From NCBI RefSeq assembly GCF_004010195.1, contig NC_057718.1, forward strand, positions 90,346,933 through 90,401,785: a stretch of 54,853 nt of DNA, in the 5' to 3' direction. Below are positions 48,131 through 54,853 of the stretch, piece by piece. The notes below the pieces were generated by a model. That model did not search any database, had not been told where the DNA came from, and saw only the letters and a list, made by a program, of their open reading frames with translations. How positions within the stretch are numbered: position 1 is the first letter of the stretch; the number at the start of each line of letters is the position of its first letter. The DNA is from Chiloscyllium plagiosum (taxonomy: Eukaryota). The position numbers and the translations under genes were made by a program.

Positions 48131-49129
48131 TATCTTACTAACCTGATAGCAGTACGAAAGTAAGACTTGAGTCATGATGACTGTATCAACATCACAACAG
48201 CAGACTGATATCTGTAAACAAGCTACAAGGCAGCTTAAGTTAATCCACTGCCATCAGCAGATTCACCAACCAGATGATGCGAACATGCAATCTGAAAACT
48301 CAGACAAATGAAACAGGAAAGGCAATGGTTTCTGCATTTCCGACTGACATTGTTTATCAAAACTCTGATGAAGGTGTTGACTTGCCTTTTTCTCTCTCTC
48401 TGCCGATTCCCCCACTCTCTTTTCAGCCCATTTAACTGCTGCTCCACCCCCTCACAGATAATCATTTCACAATGACCTACTCCAGGCGGTCTCTGGAGAG
48501 GCCCCTGTGAAAGGGAGAATGAAAGAACTGAATCGCAGAATTGTGACAGTGCAGAAGGAGGCTATTCAGCCCATCATGCCTGCTCTGGCTCTATTACCCA
48601 GTGCCAATTTCCTGCCTTGGATCCCTGTGCATCGTTCGGGGATGAGTGGGAAGGTGAGAAGTACACTGAAGAGTGCTTGTACTTGCACAATTATGCTGCA
48701 GTTCAATTGGACTCAACACGTTGCTTGGAACCCCACTCAGAGATCCCTGGCGCCAGATTGATGCAGTGGAGCTGGAATTTGGGAGGCGTGGTTATTCAGC
48801 CCTGCCCAAGATGCTTCCCATTTTAGTGAAGGTGAAGAGCGAATTGGCTGTAGCTTAGGAATGATGGCCAATCATTGTCAGGGGATTGGTGGGGGTTGGC
48901 ATGGAAGGGTAGTGGTGGTGGCATACGGGGAACAAATACAGGCCGGACACCAGAAACATTATCTAGATTCTGGCCCACCACAGCTGCTATTACTATGGCT
49001 GCCGTATGTGTGTGTGTGGTTGAAAATGAATGAAAGCATCATTAAATTGGTCAGCAGGTTAGGGAAGTGGGATAGTATTATCAATATTTCATCTCTGTGG
49101 GATGGGTCCTCTCCTACACTTCCACTTCC

Positions 49130-49515
49130 ACAGAACATAGAACATTACAGCGCAGTACAGGCCCTCGTTGTTGCACCACTCTGTGAAACCAATCTGACGC
49201 CCATCTATCCCACACTATTCCATTGTCATCCATATGTTTATCCAATGACCTTTTAAATGCCCTTAAAGTTGGTGAGTCTACTACTGTTGCAGGAAGAGTG
49301 ATCCATGCCCCTACTACTCTCTGAGTAAAGAGCCTACCTCTGACATCTTTCCTATATCTATCACCCCTCAATTTAAAGCTGTGTCCCCTCGTGCTAGCCA
49401 TCACCTTCTGAGGAAAAAGGCTGTCACTGTCCACCCTGAGTAACCCTCTGATTATCTTAGATGTCTCGATTAAGTCACCTCTCAACCTTCTTCTCTCTAA
49501 CGAAAACAACCTCAC
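49130..49515 (-). mobile_element. CR1 3' fragment
   Basis: LFSLERRRLRGDLIETSKII...FTQRVVGAW. Confidence 0.93.
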
Positions 49516-50269
49516 TCCTACAATTGTAGAACTAGAGGAAGCGGAAGCAGCAGTGGCAATGGCATAGTGGTATTTTCACTGGACTATTAATCCATAAACC
49601 CAGGTAATGTTCTGGGGACCCAGGTTCACATCCTGCCACAGCAGATGGTGGGATTTAAATTCAGCAAATGTCTGGAATTAAAAATCAACTGATGACCATG
49701 AATTATTTGCCAGGAAAAGCCTATGTTGTTTTCTGATTCCCTTTAAGGAAGGAAACTGCCATCCTTACCCGGTCTGGTCCGCATCTGCTTATAAATTCTG
49801 TGTCCGATGTCTTCTCTCTCACTAGCTGAAGGAGAGGGGGGGGTCTGAAACCTTGTGGTTTCAAATAAGCCACTGCACTATAACTGGGTATCCTGTGATT
49901 TTTCCCTTTAACAAGTCAGTATGTCAGTACTCCTCACAAACTCATTCTCATATTATCATCACTGAATCGCTACACTTATTCTGAGGGTATAAAGGTCTCA
50001 GACTCCATCTTAATTCAGGTCAATTGAAGCATGACAGACTCTAAGAAGCATGATGTTTTGCATATCTTAATAGTTCAATGTTAGCCAAGACACTGATGTG
50101 CCTGAAAAATGTAATGTTTACATGTAACAATTAGCTGCAATAAACGTCAGTTGGACTCTTTAATAACACAATGTACACATCTGGTTACAAGGGATAACAT
50201 AAACATTTCCAAATCTGGGAAAATTCCACTCTGGAGGTAATATCACATCACCCTCCTCCCGAGGGAGAG

Positions 50270-50870
50270 CATAGAATCATAGAATCCCTCCAGTGCAGAA
50301 ACACGCCTTTTGGCCCAACAAGTCCTTACTGACCCTCCAAAGAGTAACCCACCCAGACCCATTCTCCTACACTATTGCTCTACATTTACTCCTGACTAAT
50401 GTACCTACCTTACACATCCTTGAACACGATGGGCAATTTATCATGGCCAATTTACCTAACCTGCACATCTTTGGACTGTGGGATGAAACCAGAGGAAACC
50501 CATGTAGACACAGGCAGAATGCAAAAACTCCACACAGGGCTGGGATCGAACCCGGGTCCCTGGCGTTGTGAGGCAAAAGTGCTAACCACTGAGGATGGAA
50601 ATAGGCCCTTCGGTCCAACAGCTCCACACCAACCGCCCAAAGAGTAAACCACGTAGACCCGTTCCCCTACCTTACATTTACTAATGCGCCTAGCACTATG
50701 GGCAACTCCCCTGACCTGCACATCTTTGGACGGTGGGAGGAAACCAGAGCAAACCCACACAGACAAAGGGAGAATGGGCAAACTCCACACAGTCACCTGA
50801 GGTGGGAATTGAACCCAGGTCCCTGATGCAGTGAGGCTACAGTGCTAACCGCTGAGCCACTGTGCCACCC
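50270..50870 (-). mobile_element. Two tandem HE1-like V-SINEs
   Basis: two consecutive copies, about 50270-50592 and 50595-50870. Confidence 0.88.
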
Positions 50871-50979
50871 AAGGCCTGGGCCCCAATCAAGGGAAGGATT
50901 ATTTAACCCAGGGACAATTGTCAGTGTATATCTCGAGTAAGCAAGAACTTTTATGGAGACTTTGTAGACTATGCAGCAT

Positions 50980-51262
50980 GGGCGGCACGGTGGCACAGTG
51001 GTTAGCACTGTTGCCTCACAGCGCCAGAGACCCGGGTTCAATTCCCGCCTCAGGCGACTGACTGTGTGGAGTTTGCACATTCTCCCCGTGTCTGCGTGGG
51101 TTTCCTCCCACAATCCAAAAAATGTGCAGGTTAGGCAAATTGGCCATGCTAAATTGCCCGTAGTGTTAGGTGTAGGGGTAATGGGTCTGGGTGGGTTACG
51201 CTTCGGCGGGCCGGTGTGGACTTGTTGGGCTGAAGGGCCTGTTTCCACACTGTAAGTAATCT
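50980..51262 (+). mobile_element. HE1-like V-SINE, full length
   Basis: gggcggcacggtggcacagtggttagc...gtttccacactgtaagtaatct. Confidence 0.93.
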
Positions 51263-51349
51263 ATGCAAAAGTCGACAAAGTCTACATTTGATCCTGTTTG
51301 CCATCAAACTCTAATAGATACATTATTGAAAGGTGACATTGACAGTAAA

Positions 51350-52115
51350 ATGCAATATTAATCCAGAGCCTATATTTGGGACCAAATAATTAGAGTTAGT
51401 TAAAAGAGGAACGATCAGACAAGTTTTGAGTGAAGATGGAAATACAACAAGGATATATACTGTCACCAAAATGATTCAATCTATACACAGACTGATTATT
51501 CAGGGAATTCAATGCACTTCCAGGGGGAGAAATTGGAAGCAAGACCACAACTAACTTGTACACTGACAACACAACACTACCTGCAGAATTAAAAAGAGCC
51601 CCTACAAAATATTAGAGATCATGTAAAATCGAGAAGTTTAGAATATGGATTGAGTATACACGATAAAAAAAATAGAAATAATAATAGAAAGAACAACAGT
51701 GAGGATTAAATGGGACTGGGTCACATTGAGACCAGTTTGTCTATTTCGTACAGAAGATGAAGATAGGACACACAAGTAGGAAGAATGATGGAGGTAGATG
51801 AAATAATGTGAAACTCAAAGGTGTGTTAAGAGCAAGACAACTCAAACTTGTAACAAAGAAAAAACTCATAATATGCTACCTTCTATCCATTTCCCTCAGA
51901 ATCCTGGAAATGTTATATAAATAAGAAAATAGAGATCCTTGAAATGTCGAAACTGAGACATAAATATTCCAGTAACAGACCGTAAGACAAATAAATTGGT
52001 ATTTGAAATTGTCAGAGCAAAAATATTTCTAAAAAGTGACATCCAGGAAAAAGAATGTTGGTGTGCTTGCCTCTTGATTAAAACTGTAGAGCTCTCTTGG
52101 ACAGGGTAAAGCAGA
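51350..52115 (+). mobile_element. Highly decayed RTE-clade RT fragment
   Basis: caacaaggatatatactgtcaccaaaatgattcaatctatacacaga resembles QGCILSP.LFNLYTE, followed by a YADD-like remnant. Confidence 0.6.
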
Positions 52116-52129
52116 GGGCAGCAGAGGGA

Positions 52130-52455
52130 GGTCATAAAGTCATAGAGATGTACAGCACGGAAACAGACACTTCGGTCCAACTATTCCATGCCGACCAGAT
52201 ATCCCAATCTAATCTAGTCCCACTTGCCAGCATTTGTCCCATCTTCCTTTAAACCCTTGCTATTCATGTACCCATCCAGATGCTTTTAAAGTGTTGTAAT
52301 TGTACCAGCCTCCACCACTACCTCTGACAGCTTGTTCCACACACGCATAACTCCCTGTTTGAAAACGTTGACCCTTTTAAATCTTTCCCCTTTCATCTTA
52401 AACCTATGGTCTCTTGTTTTGGACTCCCCTACCCTGGGGATAAAAGACCTTGCGG
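52130..52455 (-). mobile_element. CR1 3' fragment
   Basis: gtcatagagatgtacagcacggaaacag tail. Confidence 0.9.
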
Positions 52456-52562
52456 GTCAAGTGAGTCACAGTTGGATTACGGATGTTATGGAGCGATTGA
52501 AGACGAGATGCAGTACGATGTGTGAGAATAAAGCAAGGCAGATGGATGTGATTCACTACGAT

Positions 52563-52678
52563 GGGGAGAAAGTGAGGGCTGCAGATGCTGGAGATCAGCG
52601 TCGAAGAGGGTGGTGCTGGGAAAGCACAGCCGGTCAGGCAGCATTCAAGGAACAGGAGAGTCGACATTTCAAGCATAA
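52563..52678 (-). mobile_element. Penelope-derived terminal repeat
   Basis: gagaaagtgagggctgcagatgctggagatcag...aggcagcatt. Confidence 0.8.
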
Positions 52679-53671
52679 AGTCACCAGGATGTCAGATCTC
52701 TTGGCAGATCTCTTAGCAAAGAGCATCAGTGGTTCGAATTTGTTGGTAGATATTACAAAATGGTTCTGAAGTGATCTCAGACCACCTTTCTCTCAATCCT
52801 TTTCATTGGCCACACGAGGACCTCATCTAAAATGACACTCCACTATGTGGAGCTGAGGGAATATTCATTGATAGCATTGATTCTTTCACCAATGTCCCCT
52901 CAGCCTGTCGAGGTGAGAAATGACAATATCAATTGTACCCATATGTAAAGAGTAACTGGGGTAGAATCTGATTGCTCCTCATCAAGCAGGAGATGCTACT
53001 TGACCTCAGTGTGAATGAACATCACATCTAACGGGTGACTAATCTGATATTGTTCATCGATGCCCAGGGAGTTCTTCTGCTGTCGTTCCTTTGCTGTTGC
53101 AGTGTGTTGGCGGTATTTGCCTAAACAATACAGAACTTCGGAAGTAATTCAATGTGAGTAAAGTGCTGGGAGACATCTCAGTGATAAAGACAATGGAATT
53201 GAGACCTAATGCTCAAATTCTGTTTGCTGCAATCCACCTTCTCTGTAATTGAAAGTCTTGAAAGCAGTATGTACTTGACAAATCACACTTTGCAAACTGA
53301 AGTGCATCCTACCTCATAATTTGACACCACAAAATATCAGTGGTCTGATGGGCACAAAAAAATGAAGCTACTGGCTGAAATATGGGCTGCGAGGTTAATG
53401 ATGTAGATGACTAAACATGATTTGAACGGTTAGTGTCCCGTGTGATGGATGCTTTCACTGTTAAACCACCCTTGCATGGCCTGATCCGGCTCCCCGGTAT
53501 TTATGTCGCTGGTACAGGAGGGGGGATTGAAACTGGGGACCAAAAACAGCAAAATCCTAACTTGTTTTTGTTGAATTTGGTTGGAGGCCACTTTGAAATC
53601 CCCAATTCAGTGGTTCGGGATCCAAGCCAAACCGACATTAGCAGGAAAGGACGAGCAAACAAAGGTTCGAA

Positions 53672-54853
53672 TTGTTAGCTTGAGGTGCTGGAGGTGATTT
53701 CCTTGAATTGCAGAAGCAGCAATTACTGCTTTATATGCTGTTGCATTGTTTTGGAACTTTGGAAAAAAAAGGCAAAACAACAGCAGTTTTAAAAGAGAGA
53801 AAAACAGACAAAGGAAGCACATGGTGAGGACAGTGCAGGAGAGAGAGAGAGAGAAAACCTGCACAGTCACTGCCTTTGATGTTTGAATTTGTGTATTGCT
53901 GGACGTCAGAGTGGCATCTGGGAAAGTTATCAAACAGTGAAATTCACAACTAATCTTGAAGGAACTGTTGGGCGAAGTTCACAGCACAGAATCAGATAAG
54001 TGAATTGTTGTTTTAAATGTGGCCTACAGAGAATCTGCAGTAGTGAGTAGAGTAGGTTCTTTCTTGATTATATTTTTTTGGAGATACATCTCTTGATTAA
54101 ACTTAAAATATAAGCCATAGCTATAAATTTAACCTGGGGCAGTGTTTGTAGAGGAATAAGACGATATTATTTTATGGGTCTGTAGATTATGAAGGAGCAA
54201 AAATGACCTTTAATAGAATGATATGTACTTCTTGTCAGATGTGGGAGTTTAAAGAGAGTTTAAGGGTTACTGCAAATATATTTGCAATAAATGCTGCTGG
54301 CTTTGAATCTTACCAGATCGAATGGATCGGTTGGAGAGACAGTTAGAGGCAATGAGGAATTTGCAACAGCAACAGTATGTGATGGATGGCAGTTATAGGA
54401 AGGGGGAAAGTCTCAGATAGAGTCACATAGATGGATTAAATCCAGGAAGGGTAAGAGAGGTTGGCACCTAGGGCAGGAGTCTTTTGTGGCTATAACCCAT
54501 TTCAAACAGGTATGCTGTTTTGGAAAATATAGGGGGTGATGGATTCTCAGGGGAACGTAGCATGAACAGCCAAGTTTCTGGTATTGAGACTGGCTCTAAT
54601 GCAACGAGGGGTACGTCGGCTTCCAAGAGATCAATTGTGTTAGGGGATTCTGTAGTCCGAGGTACAGACAGATGTTTCTGTGGCCAGCAGAGAAAAAGCA
54701 GAATGGTGTGTTGTTTCCCTGGTGCCAGGATCAAGGATGTCTCAGTGAGGGTGCAGAATGTTGTCACAGGGGAGAGGGCCAGCAGGAGGTCATTGTCCAC
54801 ATTGGAACTAACGATATAGGAAGGGAAAAGGTTGAGATTCTGAAGGGAGATTA
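53672..54853 (+). mobile_element. Second copy of the CR1-type 5' region and ORF1, running off the window
   Basis: collinear with 40915-42120; MICTSCQMWEF zinc finger, IVLGDSVVRGTDR esterase block I. Confidence 0.88.

Noticed and set aside
53433..53678. ORF with LLNLVGGHFE, faintly like an OTU His motif
   Set aside because: No Cys box or other support, and the length is within chance expectation.

Overview
This is vertebrate nuclear DNA, most likely from a cartilaginous fish (inferred from HE1-type V-SINEs and their partner CR1 LINE tails). It is an intronic or intergenic, transposon-saturated region with an 869-nt N gap (10225-11093) whose two flanks are identical over 255 bp. The largest element is a degraded Gmr1-type Ty3/gypsy LTR retrotransposon (about 11508-17298, minus strand). 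It has the unusual gag-PR-IN-RT-RH order, a tRNA-Pro-like primer-binding site and only its 5' LTR. The rest consists of many CR1, L2, RTE and Rex1 LINE fragments, about 13 HE1-like SINEs, other tRNA-derived and Deu-domain SINEs, three Tigger-like MITEs, two Penelope-like GIY-YIG remnants, two CR1 ORF1 (zinc finger plus SGNH esterase) copies, and microsatellites. The most striking structural signal is a set of short fold-back insertions from at least three or four Penelope-derived families. They carry minimal hammerhead-ribozyme cores, and several have clear target-site duplications. No intact, recognisable host gene is visible. A few isolated open exons with good splice sites can be chained on the minus strand, but only at low confidence. 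Family names come from motif recall, not database searches, and element boundaries are approximate.
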